From assembly GCA_951406725.2 (NCBI GenBank), contig OX597827.1, positions 76,074,001-76,138,000 of the forward strand: a stretch of 64,000 nt of DNA, written 5' to 3'. The notes beneath the pieces were generated by a model. It was not told the origin of the DNA. It ran no database searches and saw nothing but the letters and a program-made list of their open reading frames with translations. Both the position numbers and the translations under genes were made by a program. Numbering within the stretch: position 1 is the stretch's first letter; every line of letters begins with the position of its first letter. This stretch comes from Octopus vulgaris. Taxonomy: Eukaryota. Below are positions 24,601 through 37,544 of this stretch, in pieces.

Positions 24601-27423
24601 CATAGACACTCTGAAAGGGAAAAGAAGGTCAGTGTCCTTGTTTCCAGTGTCACAAGTGACAAAAGCCGCAGTCAGCAGAGTTTGGCAGGACAGGAAATAA
24701 ATAGTTTATTTATAGGGGAATTTATATAAACTGGAAGTGATTTATGCACACACACACACACCACAAGGTTAAATGAGTGTGTTTATATTTAGATGGCTTA
24801 GCCAGAGTGAGAAAGAGAGAAAGAAAGAAGGATAGCACCCTTGGACCTTTCATCAGCCTCCTGTGGCCTTGCGAGGCCTGACCCTGCTAAAAGGCACAGA
24901 AAGTGGTTGAGTGAAAATAAAGGGACCAGCTATTAAACCTGTGACCTGTGTCTGTATGTGAATATGTTGATGTGTGTATATGTCTGCGCTTACCCAATTA
25001 GCTTCTGGGTGTTTATGTGCACATGCATTTGCTAATATATATGTATTATAGGGTGGCAAGCTGGCAGAGTCATTAGTATGCCGGGTGAAATGCTTAGTGA
25101 TATTTTGTCTGCCGTTAGGTTCTGAGTTCAAATTCTGCTGAAGTCGGCTTTGCCTTTCATCCTTTAGGGGTCAATTAAATAAGTACATGTTAAGCACTGG
25201 GATTGATGTAATCAACTTAATCCCTTTGTCTGTCCTTGTTTGTCCCCTCTGTTTAACCCCCGTGTGGGCAATAAAGAAATAAGTATATATGCGTTTTATA
25301 TAGACACACACACATATATATATATATGTCCAACCCATGCTAGCATTGGAAAGTGGACGTTAAACGATGATGATGATATATATATGTATATATATATACT
25401 GTGTACATATATATATACCTGTTTGTGCATTGTTTAAACAAGCACACGTACACATATATATTCTTTCATTTTACATCCTTCATGCTAGCTAGCATGGGTT
25501 AGGTGAATACATATTGTTGAAACACTGTTTTACAGCCAGCTGCCCTCTCAGCTGCTAAGCCTTGCTTGCATTCCCAGCAAGGGTAACTTTCATTCACTCC
25601 CAGACACTGTGACAAGGAAATAACATCAGACAACACCAAGCCATAACACAGTCATTTTTTTTTCCAAGGGACTACACAATGTAAACATCCACACAGATGC
25701 AGATACATACACAAACACATGCGTTTATTTAATTATTCTCATTTTCCTGAGCCTTAGGATTCATAAGGCTGACACAGTTTCCATGGATAGCTCCATAGAC
25801 TCATAGTGTCGGTTTCCTTGGTTCTGTGGCGGAAATACTCCATTCGTGAATGGGAGGATGGTCCGTCACAAGATTTCTTATTTTCGCCAGCTGTGTGCAT
25901 GGGGGCAATGTGAAATGAAGGGTGTTGCTCAAGAACACGACACACCACACAGTCCAGGATCTGAAACCACAATCATACAATCACAAGTCCAACACCCTAA
26001 CCACTGAGCCACACCCCCTACCCCCACCCGGTTTCCATGGCATGTTGGGGACTGAGATTCCAACATTACCCCACTGAATGAGACACCAGTCTGTCAAAGG
26101 ATTAATCTCCCAACTATTGCTGGTGCAAATCTACAGCTGAGTAGACTGGAACAACAAGAAATTAAATATTTTGCTCATGAATCGAACACAATGCCCAGTC
26201 CAGGAATTGAAACCATTGACCCATAACCGCAAGTGCAACTCCCTAAGTACCTTCGCACACACATGGACTTGCAGATAGTTTTTTATCTCCTAAATATTAC
26301 TCACAAAAAATTGGGTAACCACAGCAGAACACTTTCCCAAGACACAGCACCCTGGGATTGAACACAGAACCTTGTACCCTGGTACAAGTGATGGTACCAG
26401 GTTACAGAACCTTGTAACCTGATACCATCACTTGCTAAGGTGAGCTGAGGTTATGTAAAGTAAAACATGTGAAATTAAGTGTAGTACCCAAGGAGACACA
26501 GCAAAATATTTGTAAAAGGTATGAACATGTTTAATGAAGTCAGCCTAAAAATTTTTTATTAATTAAAACTACAACCTTAAGGTGACAAAAATCATTTTCT
26601 TATTGAATAATTCTGATGAAAAAAAAATTAAACAGGAGGCGACAACACTGGTATTTTAATTAACTTTGGATATTAGAGCTTGAAAACCTGTGATGCATTT
26701 TAATATGTTCACCAATTTCACATTTATAGTATCTAAGACACTGTGGCAGGTAAAGACATCCACCTTATTAAGTCACTGCCAGGTGTGGATCATAAAGTGT
26801 GGGGCTACAAGTCAGGCTGGGCAGGGGGCAGGGATGAGGTTAGCCATAAGATTGACAACAACAACACATAAAAAAAATAAATAACAACTAATTACACCAA
26901 GATGACAAACTGACCGCAAGTGCACTCGCCATGGTGCAGCAATGATGCATCAGTGTGCACCATGTGCACAGTATTTACCAATAAAGTATTGTAAAGCTCA
27001 GCTGATAAGATTTACAGATGACATGACTGAGGGCCGGTGGGGAAGAAGGCTGAGGCATGGCATTGTGGTGGTAGGAGTATATATAAATAAGCAGTTTGGG
27101 GAGAGAAAAGGGGTTGGAAGTCTACAACATTATGTACAAGGAATAATAGACCCACTCTTCTCTCGTTACAAGGAAGCAGTGCACGCCCCTCTCCCCTCTC
27201 GTCCCATGTGCACGGACATGCACACACACACACAGGTACAAATTACCTCCGCAGACACAAATATCTTCTTGGTGCAGATGTTATACTTAATGGACAAAGT
27301 CAACACGATTAAAACTATTATTACTAGAGAGCTTTAACTTACAATCCAAATACATCCAAAAGGCATATGCATGCAGGAAGCAATATACATACATATATAT
27401 ATATATCTGTGTGTGTGTGTGTG

Positions 27424-27642
27424 TATAATCAAAATAAGCAACAAAGATATCCAAAGGTAGTGTAGTACAATTGTTTTATGCTACTTCAGTTTGTTAAACA
27501 TAAAACATAAAATGAAGCCCCGGTCGAACCGTCCAACCCATGCTAGCATGGAGAACGGACGTTAAACGATGATGATGATGAAGTAGCATGAAACGATTGT
27601 ACTACTCTACCTTGGATATCCTTGTTGCTTATTTTGATTATA
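27424..27642. repeat. Inverted repeat (arms of about 65 bp) with a SINE C 3' fragment in the loop
   Basis: TATAATCAAAATAAGCAACAAAGATATCCAAAGGTAG...CTACTTCA is mirrored by TGAAGTAG...CTACCTTGGATATCCTTGTTGCTTATTTTGATTATA. Confidence 0.8.
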
Positions 27643-28029
27643 ATCACCCCCATTTGATTTATATGGATAATATCATACTAAATTCTGGTGCCTTTAACTT
27701 AAGTACCATATTCATCTGAATCTAAATTTTGCTGAACTTATATATATATATGTATATATATGTATCACTCTGCTCCAAAGTAGTCTTGTCTGACTCATGC
27801 AAGCACTGAAAGGTAGACATAAAACCAATGATGGTAGGTGTGTGTGTGTGTGTTCGTTCATTGGGTGAGGCTGGTGTTGTCCAACATTTGAGTGTTGCAT
27901 TTCATCATAAGTTCTCAAGATATGAATACTGCGTCTGTCAGAGCATGTGTGTGTTTGTGTGTGTGAGAGAGAGCGTTTTATTCAGTGATCATCACTATAT
28001 TTTAAAGCAATATATATATTACATATATA

Positions 28030-28071
<42 letters not shown>

Positions 28072-28112
28072 ATATATATGTGTCTATGTCTATATATATA
28101 TATCTGTATATA

Positions 28113-28148
<36 letters not shown>

Positions 28149-28929
28149 CAAAGTATTTATATGTGTGTGTGTGTATGCATATATAGAGGGGGGGATTATA
28201 TGGTAGCATAAATGTCAAGGGGGAGTGATCCAGTGCTTTCTGATATTTGAACTGCTAAGGGATATTTTAATAGTAGTAACAATAATAATCATCATCATCA
28301 TTGTCATAATGATTTCTCAGATTGAGAAAAGCCAGAGATTTATAGTTGGTGGTGGTGGGGGGGGGTGCATTCAATTAAAACTGGCCCCAGCATATGACTG
28401 GTACTTTTGTTTTGTTTTTGTTTTAATATCAATCCCTGAAAGACGATGACACAGGCAAAGTGGATTCCGGTGAAATTTGAACACTCGACGTACAAGGATC
28501 CAGAAATAAATTCTTAGGAAGAGGATCCCTGAAAAGTTTTCAATGTCAAATTTTACAATGTGACTGACTATTGTTTTCCTTTGTTTGCACCATCACAATC
28601 CAGTTCTTTTGGGTTATTTTCTTCTTGTTTTGTTCTTGATTTTTTTCTTCTTTTAAATACAAAAATGAATTTTTGCCAATTGACCTGAAAAATTCCACAG
28701 AAACCTGACAAACAGATCGTAAAGAGCCTGACATGTTTGAGGAAGTTGGTTGAACAGCCGTTGGTAAGTTCTGTCAGCTTGGAGATGACATGTGGCTAAC
28801 GATTAATAAGACAACTTAAGACATGTCTTAAGAAATGTTACAAGTCCTCGTGTGTCACATGTATCGGTTTGGATGCAAGAGATTCCCAACGGAATCCGTA
28901 GAGAGTCCGAACAGAGTCTGCAGGCTGGC

Positions 28930-29279
28930 TCACGAGTTCTGTTTACCATGTTTGCCGCTAGAGTAAGATGTAGGCATGTTTGGCCAGCTGGAGCCAAGCA
29001 GTGTGGGCATAGGGTAGCCTCTGGGCCAGAGGTAGTTGGTCTCCCAGTTCTGCGACATCTCATGCAGATATGCAGCGGAATTAAACCGAGACAGGTTTGA
29101 AGGGTGCAGTCGCATTCCACCCTGGGTATCTTGTTGGTTTGGATGAAGGTGTTGCTCTGACCGTCCCATGTGGGAATTTGGTGGTAAATGCTCTTGATGG
29201 TGTTTGTTGGTTTTCATGTTGTGCTTGTTGGAATTTGATGATAACATGGCAGACTGATGAGCTTGCTGTTGTTGTTGGT

Positions 29280-29310
<31 letters not shown>

Positions 29311-31389
29311 TTGTTGCTGCTGCTGCTGTTGCTGCTGCTGAGGTTTCGATGCACTCGTATCACAGTTATACGTGGATGTCTGAGAAGTTGAGGACAAACT
29401 GCTCTTTTCGTGGTGCTGATGGTTGTCACCATCATTCTTGTCTTCGGAGGGCATCATCATGGACGACCCCATCACGGGGAGAGGGTCCGAACCTGGCATC
29501 GGAGGCGAGAGGTTGGAGTCCTTGGGGTACATCATGCAGCCATGAGAAGCGGATGACGAAGCAGTGGAGGCCAACGGCGGCTGCTTGGTGAAGAGCTCAC
29601 AGCCCGTCCGAGTCCTTTTGTGGTTGTTCAGGTTGGCTCGCTGCGAGAACGACTTGTTGCAGGTGTCACACTTGAACGGCTTCTCGCCCGTGTGTGTCCT
29701 CATGTGTAACTTCAAGTTTCCAGCTTGAGAAAAAGCCTTCGAACAAATCTGACATTGGAATGGTTTTTCCCCCGTGTGGGTCCGCTCGTGGTTACGCCAT
29801 TCGGTTCGCTGTGAGAAGAGCTTGTTACAATAGCTGCAATGGAAAGGTTTCTCTCCAGTGTGGACCCGGATGTGGTTTTTCAGGCTAATTTGCAAAGTAA
29901 ACTCTTTGGTGCAATAGTCACATTTAAACAATTGTCCAGTGTGGACACGCTGGTGATTTTCAAGATTAGTTTTTTGGGAGAAGCACTTGTCACAGAGGTC
30001 ACACTTGAACGGTTTTTCCCCCGTGTGAGTCCTCATGTGTAACTTAAGATTTCCTTGCTGACTAAAAGACTTTGAACACATACTGCAATGGAATGGTTTC
30101 TCCCCCGTATGGGTCCTCAGGTGGTTCTTCAGGTTGATCAAAAGGGTGAAATCTTTCGGACAAAATGTACATTTGTAAAGTTCGCCCGTGTGCGTCCGCT
30201 CATGAATCTTCAGAAAAAATTGATTGCAAAACGGTTTCTTGCAGTAACTGCAATAGAACAGGTCTCCAGTGTGAAGCCTTTTGTGGTCGCTTAGATTTAC
30301 TTTCTGGGAAAAGGCTTTACCGCATACATCACAGGCAAATGGTTTCTCACCTGTATGAGTTCTAAGATGGAGCTTTAGATTACCTCTCTGGCTAAAAGCC
30401 TTCGAACAAACACTACAGGAAAATGGTCGTTCGCCAGTGTGAGTTCGCAGATGATTCTTCAAGTTTGTCTCTTGTGAGAAACACTTGTTGCAGAAATGGC
30501 AATGAAAAGGTTTCTCGCCCGTATGTATACGTTCGTGTATTTTGAGGAAGAACTCGTTAGAAAATGGTTTCTTGCAGAACTGACAATAGAGAAGGTCTCC
30601 AGTGTGAATACGGTTGTGGTAAGTCAAATTGATTTTTTGGGAGAAACTTTTACCGCAGACTTCACAAGAATATGGTTTCTCTCCCGTATGAGTTCTGAGA
30701 TGGAGTTTGAGATTACCTTGTTGACTGAAGGCCTTTGGACAAAGGGAACACTGAAAAGGTTTCTCCCCTGAATGGGTCCTTAAATGGTTTTTGAGATTGA
30801 TTTTCTGCGTAAAGGCTTTGTCACAAGAATTGCAGTCAAATGGTCGAACGCCTGTGTGTGTGAGTTCGTGGTTCTTCAGGAAGAACTGGTTGGTGAATCC
30901 TTTCTTACAAAATGTACAAAAGAAAGATTTCTCGTTTCCACCTTGACTGTTTCGCATGCTGTCTCCATCTTGTTGGTTGTTGTCGTTGGTGCTGCCACCA
31001 CTACTACCATCACCACCACTATTACCACCACCACCACCACCACCACCAGCCCCACCACCAGCGCCGCCACCACCACCACCACCACCACCACCACCACCAC
31101 CAGCATTGTTGCCAGGGCTGCTGCACGTTGAAGCGGCACCACTGTTATTCATGCACATGTTGTTATTTCCACTGTTGTTGTCCACACCGTGGCTCCCACT
31201 GGTGGCATCGTTGGCACCGTTTGCTGGACTGAAGTCTTTCCACAACAAGTCGTTGTTCTTGTCGAGGATGTTCATAATCTGTGACTTATCAGGGACTTTT
31301 AAATGGCAGCCAGGGTTGTAGATCGGCTGACCATAGAAGCCAGAAGGGGTGTTGAAGTTCATCGGAAAAACTGGTTGTATCGGATACAT
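28930..31389 (-). CDS. Multi-finger C2H2 zinc-finger protein (819 aa, 16 fingers, polyGly and polyGln tracts), paralog of 1244-3961
   Basis: Uninterrupted ORF with a 16-finger array (29599-30924; last finger degenerate). It has the same finger types and terminal motifs as the + strand gene, a TTACAG acceptor at about 31449, and AATAAA on the minus strand at about 27977. Confidence 0.95.
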
Positions 31390-31746
31390 AATTGGACAGT
31401 TCTTGGAACGGCCAACTCAACACTAGTGGTGGAGTGAAAGTGCTACGACTGTAAGTTAATTGTCCCAGAATATTCCTTAGGGAATATATATATATATGTG
31501 CGTGTGTATGTGTGTATAAATGTATATACAAGTCTTTGTTTAGTCTGAGTCACCTTGACATGATTTCCACTCATAAACCCTCAAATACAGACCTTAATGA
31601 AACAAGAAAAACTAAAAGTGAGGAAGGAAAATATGATACAAAAAAAAACAAAGTATCTTTCTGTTTAAAGGGAAAAGCTTCTGGTGAAGCTGAGAGAAAA
31701 TGAACAAGCAATCCCTCGATGAGTATACAAATATATATATATATAC

Positions 31747-31782
<36 letters not shown>

Positions 31783-31852
31783 ATCTGTATGTATCTATAT
31801 CAGATGATCAGGTGTTTCAAATGACAATATGGATTAAAAAGCTTTAAGTTAC

Positions 31853-32036
31853 AGGATGACAACAATTGGAAGGAGAATGAGATTTTAAATTCATTCTTGC
31901 AAACAAAGAAGGTTGCTGTTGTTGTTCCTGTTGTCGATGCCGTTGTTTTTGTTCTTTTTTTTTTCTTTTCTGAGACTTTTAGAGAAGAGAGGAACGTGGA
32001 GGACGTCTACAGAAGTAACACTCGGAGCCAGGGAAT
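31853..32036 (-). other. Probable 5' UTR exon of the minus-strand ZNF gene
   Basis: Unique sequence bounded by a pyrimidine-rich TTTCAG acceptor (32037-32060) and a possible GTAACT donor (31847-31852). Confidence 0.4.
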
Positions 32037-32079
32037 CTGAAACATAACAACAAAGGAAAGATATTAGAGAGTGAAGTAA

Positions 32080-32246
<167 letters not shown>

Positions 32247-33537
32247 TTAGAATTATTTGTTCACGGAAATCAAAGTCTGTTGACAAAGGCATAAAGAAAT
32301 CACACAATTACACCTTAGAAAGAAATAAAACCATTAGTGATCTAACATGGCACATGTCGGCCAAAAGTTGGCCAATGAAGTTTCTAAAGAATCAGAAAGA
32401 AAAACATAGAATTTAAACCTTAAAAATATTGGTTTCAAATTTTGGCACAAGGCCAGCAATTCTGGAGGAAGGAGCAAGTTGATTACATCAACCCCAGTGC
32501 TCAACTGGTACTTATTTTATCAACCTTTTTATCAAGGATGAAAGACAAAGTTGAGCTCAGCAGAATTTGAACTCATGACCATTAACACAGAAGAAATGCT
32601 GTTAACCATTTTTCCCAAAATGCCAACAAGTTTTTCAGCCGGCTGCCTTAAAAATATTGAAGTACATACATCATCATCATCGTTTAACGTCCGCTTTCCA
32701 TGCTAGCATGGGTTGGACGGTTCGACTGGGGTCTGGGAAGCCAGAAGGCTGCACTAGGCCCAGTCTGATCTGGCAGTGTTTCTACAGCTGGATGCCCTTC
32801 CTAACGCCAACCACTCCATGAGTGTAGTGGGTGCTTTTTATGTGCTACCTGCACAGGTGCCAGACAAGGCTGGCAAACGGCCACGATCAGATGGTGCTTT
32901 TTACGTGCCACCGGCACAGGGGCCAGATAAGGCTGGCAACGGCCACAATCGGATGGTGCTTTTTCCGTGCCACCGGCACGGAGGCCGGTCGGGGCGGCAC
33001 TGGCAACAGCCATGTTCGGATGGTTCTCTTACGTGCCACCGGCACTGGTATCACAGCTACAATTTCCATTGATGTTGATCGATTTCAATTTTGATTTTCA
33101 CTTGCCTCAACAGGTCTTCACAAGTAGGGTTTGTGTCACAAGAAGTGAAGGTACGCATAAGTGGGCTGGCTACGTCCCAGGTAGAGGCCACATACATACT
33201 TAATAAATTAATGTAATTAGGGATTTCTTATTTTCTCTTATCACAGACGCCCTGCCCCGCCCCAAATTCTTATACACTGGCAGTTGGTCCTTAAAACTAA
33301 AACAGATCCCCATCCACCCCAACTTTATGCAGTCAACTGACCTGCTAAAAGTTGAAACCAAATCTCTCTTAAGAGGTTGGCAAGCAAGCTACTTACCACA
33401 CAGCCACTCCTGTGTCTACATACACACACATATATACATTTATAAATACATACATATATGGATATACATATTACACCAATACATATACATAGAATATATA
33501 CATACACACATACATATACACACACGTATACACATAC

Positions 33538-33730
33538 ATAACGTCTGAAAAATTTTTCGAGACGACAGCAGTTATCTCCCTTCCACCTGTTATGTATTCC
33601 AAGAGAATCGACATTTTTCACCTTTTACCCTCACACGAACACGTGTCAAGAGCTTACATATTTCCTCAGGGCAAAGTCAGAAAACGTATATATATCTATC
33701 ATTAAATGGCATTCGGTTCAATACGGAATC
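33538..33730 (-). promoter_or_regulatory. Probable promoter / first exon of the minus-strand ZNF gene
   Basis: CpG-retaining unique sequence containing AAGGGAGATAACT (33570-33582) and ending at a GTATGT donor (33532-33537). Confidence 0.35.
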
Positions 33731-34204
33731 TTTATTGAAACAGCTTCTAGAATTTTTTTTTTAGTAACTATTTTTCAGCTGCTTTTTGACACATTTTCCA
33801 GAAGGTCGATGAGCAGACGACATCGTCAGCTGTCATTTGCTCTGTGAACCATACATTGACGGTCGTCTGTGTCATTGACAATACACAATATGCAAAAAAT
33901 AGTTGACTTTCTGTAATGTTAAGTCTAGTTTCTATAATAATATAATTTTTTTTCAAGTTTGTTTCTGTCACAGGATAATTGTAGTACTGGGACACCGTCA
34001 CGAAATCGACGCCAGTACATATTGTAGAACATATTCTATTACTCTCTCCTAGCCGAACCGCTGGGTTAGAGATGTGAACCAACATTGGCTGCCGAGTGTT
34101 GAAACACAGACACACACACACACGTATACAAACACACACGTATACAAACACACAGAGGTAGAGATCATAATAAGCAGATGTATATGTGTGTGTCTAAGTG
34201 CTAG

Positions 34205-34550
34205 CTGGGCCGTGTGGGTAGAGAACTCTCTTTGTAACCATGTGGCTTCAGGTTCTATTCCACTCGAACTCTCTTTGGCAAATGTTTTCTACTAAAGCCT
34301 CAAGAATGGAATTCATAGATGGAGACAGAGTGGAAAACCATTGTGCATGTGTGTGTTTGTGTCCCCCACCCGGTGTTGGTACGTTTACGTCCCTGTACCT
34401 TATCAGTTCGGCCCAAAAAACTTATACAATAAGTACCAGGCTTTAAAAAAAAAATAGTACAGAGGTCGATTCTTTCGACAGATTCTTCAAGTTTATGCCC
34501 TCCAGCATGGCCAGAGTCTAATGAATGCAACAAGTAAAAAACAAACAGTA
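34205..34550 (+). mobile_element. SINE family A (diverged)
   Basis: Head, microsatellite and CAGCATGGCC tail are all recognisable. Confidence 0.65.
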
Positions 34551-34970
34551 AAAATAATATCAGAAACCAAAATGACAAAGCAATAAGAAATTTTCTCATG
34601 AACTTCAGGACATAACTTCTTGTTCCTTTGCCATTAATATTGCTCTTAACTTGACTGAGGCTTTGATCTGAAGCCTATTCAATACATTGGGTTCTAAACC
34701 ACGGTTACTAGTATTGCTATGCCTAAGCAAAACAATAATAATAATAATAATAATAATAATCCGTTCTACTGAGGGCACAAGGCCTTGAAATTTTGTGGGA
34801 GGGGACAAGTTGATAACATTGAACCCAGTGTTCCACTGGTACTTAATTTATCAACCCCGAAAATTTGAAAGGCAAAGTCAACCTCGGTGAAATTTGAACT
34901 TAGAACGTAGCGGCAGACGAAATACTGCTAAGCATTTTGAATAATAATAATACTAATAATAATAATAATT

Positions 34971-35278
34971 AGAGATATGACAGGTTAGCTTGGGAGGTTA
35001 AGCAGTTGTGGTTGATGAAAAAGGTGGGTAGTAGTACCAATAATTGTTGGAGCCCTGGAAACAGTGAGCAAAAATCTTGAGAAGTATGTGGAACAAATAA
35101 GGGCTGCAATAAGGGTGGAGCACTTGCAGAAAACAGCACTGCTTGGACCCACTCAAATACGCCGGAAGGTGCTCGAAAAATAAGAGGTGTTATCTTAGTT
35201 CACTGGTAGTGAACAGCTGACACCGTAGAACATCTCCAGCGTTAGAAGCTGTGCAAAGGCAATAATAATAATAATAAA
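34971..35278 (+). mobile_element. 3' end of an R4/Dong-like (restriction-like endonuclease) non-LTR retrotransposon
   Basis: Translates with one frameshift to RYDRLAWEVKQLW..VVPIIVGALETVSKNLEKY..LQKTALLG..RKVLEK*, followed by a short 3' UTR and a (TAA)n tail; flanked by (TAA)n. Confidence 0.75.
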
Positions 35279-35929
35279 ATTCCTTTCTACTAAAGGCACA
35301 AGGCCTAAAATCTGGTGGGAGGAGATTACATCAAGCCGCAATGTTCCACTGGTACTTAATTTATCAATCCCAAAAGGATGAAAGGCAGTCGACCACAGTG
35401 GAACTTGGACTAAGAACATAGAGGCAGGTAAAGTACCACTAAGTGTGTTGCTCCGGCATGCTAATGATTCTGCCAGCTGGCTGCCTTTGATAATAATAAT
35501 GCGTTTGTGTGTGTATATATATATATATGCTTATATATACAGGTATATACGCGTGTGAAAAATAAATACATATGCATAGGTACAGGCATGGCTGTGTGGC
35601 AAGAAGTTTGAAGTTTGTTTCCCAACCACATAGTTCTGGGTTCAGTCCCACTGCATGGCACCTTGGGCAAGTGTCTTCTACTATGGCCCTGAGTCAACCA
35701 AAGCTTCGTGTGAGGATTTGATAGAGGGAAATAGAAAGAAGCCCATTGTATGTATAAATATATATATATATTAAATTGATAAGAATATACATATGTATAT
35801 AATTATATCAAGGGAGCAAGTGCGAAAGCGACCTTTCTTCAGCATGCTTGAGATACCGAGACCTTCAAAAAACTACCAAAACCCCCAGATAAATATACAC
35901 AAGGCTGAAAGCAGGCTAGTGAAAGAATA

Positions 35930-36157
35930 TTAACCCTTTCGTTACCAACCCGGCTGAAACCGGCTCAAACTCCGAGTACAAATGTCTTGTTTTCATAAGT
36001 TTTGAAATAAAATCTTCCACCAAACCTTAGTCACAATTTATGTTCCTATCACTAGCTTAATGACAACTAAGTTATTTTGTTAAATTCTTTGTTATATTTA
36101 AAGTAACTGAAAGAAACACAGAGCATCTCAAAATAAATACAGTAACGAAAGGGTTAA
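35930..36157. mobile_element. piggyBac-type MITE, complete
   Basis: TTAA CCCTTTCGTTAC ... GTAACGAAAGGG TTAA: perfect 12-bp TIR and TTAA target duplication. Confidence 0.85.
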
Positions 36158-36258
36158 AAAAGACCTCATGTTAATTATAAAATAAGAGGAATTAACAAAA
36201 AATAGATCGTTAGCCACTACACATTCTTTATTTTCTCTCCTTGTTTCTTTCTGTGTTC

Positions 36259-36294
36259 CTTTCTGTGGAAGAGCATAGGCTCGAAATGTTAAAG
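36259..36294 (+). ncRNA. Degenerate minimal type I hammerhead-ribozyme-like motif in a Penelope-like repeat
   Basis: CTTT-CTGTGGA-A-GAGC-ATAG-GCTC-GAAA-TGTT-AAAG: stems I and II and GAAA are intact, but the CUGANGA core is mutated. Confidence 0.45.
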
Positions 36295-37299
36295 ACATTT
36301 TCACTTGCCGAGCGTTAACCTAATACATCCGTTTGTTGTCTACACCACCTGTCTTTGTCTTTTGTTTTTTTTGTGAATTCTCCCTAATATATATAATGTG
36401 TATCTTTGTTTGTCTCCCTACCACTACTGCTTGACAACCGGTGTTGGTGTGTTTACATCCCACATAACTTAGCAGTTATGCAAAATAGACTGATAGGCTT
36501 TAAACAAAAAAAAAACAAAGCACTTGGTTAGATTCAGTTGACTATAAGTTCTTCAATGAAATGCTCCATCATGGCCACAGTCAAATGATTGAAAACAAAA
36601 AAAAAAAGATACAATGTAAAAATGTATGTATACACAGTTATACACAGGATACATTCCTGTTTAAGGCATGGGGCCCCTGAATTTTGAACAAGTGTAGAAG
36701 AGGAGAGAGAGAGAGAGAGAGAGGCATATATGGAGAAGTAGTGCAATCCCTTCATACATCCTTGTCTCCCCTGACAAAGGGACTCCACCCATCTATTAAT
36801 ATCGCCCCAGCACCAGCAGCAGCTGAAGCAGTAGCACAGATTCCAAACTTCCCCATAGCCCCCTTATCTTCCCTTACTTCAATACCATCCCTTCGCTTTC
36901 TTCCTTTGCCTCTTGCCTTCCCCCCTATCTCTTGTGCCCTACTTCACTAACAATCTGAAAAACTGGACATTTTAAATCCCTTCTCAGAATTGAAGTCTTT
37001 AAAACAAGGAATGCCATTCTTTGTGTATGCATGTATGCATGTATGTATGTGTGTGTGTGTGTGTGTGTGAGCTGTAATGAGGCTGTGTGTTCGTGTGTCT
37101 GTGTAAGATGTGGTGTTGTTCCAGTTATATGTAGAATTCTATCATAGTTACAACTGCATTGATTTCGTTTACATGTGAATTTAATATAAATTAATATTTA
37201 GCATCCAAAGGTCTTTTTGTGTGTTTCTTTGTTTTGTGTGGGTGTGTGTGTGTGTGTGTGTGTGTGTACATGTGGTTTTAAACATACACACACACACAT

Positions 37300-37333
37300 A
37301 TAGAAAGATAGATAGACAGATAGATAGATAGAC

Positions 37334-37379
<46 letters not shown>

Positions 37380-37441
37380 GTAGAAGGACAGATAGATAGA
37401 AATATAGATAGACAGACAGATAGATATGCAGAAGGATAGAC

Positions 37442-37479
<38 letters not shown>

Positions 37480-37511
37480 GACAGATAGATAGACAGATAG
37501 ATAGGCAGAAG

Positions 37512-37544
<33 letters not shown>

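Larger units (their letters stand above)
35575..36610 (+). mobile_element. SINE family A with nested Penelope-like fragment(s) and a piggyBac MITE in its internal microsatellite
   Basis: Head at about 35575-35750 and tail at about 36395-36610, with foreign sequence between. Confidence 0.7.

Noticed and set aside
26385-26434. 22-bp-arm hairpin as a pre-miRNA
   Set aside because: It sits in a decayed SINE with a local ACAGAACCTTGTA duplication and is better explained by template switching; there is no supporting evidence for a miRNA.
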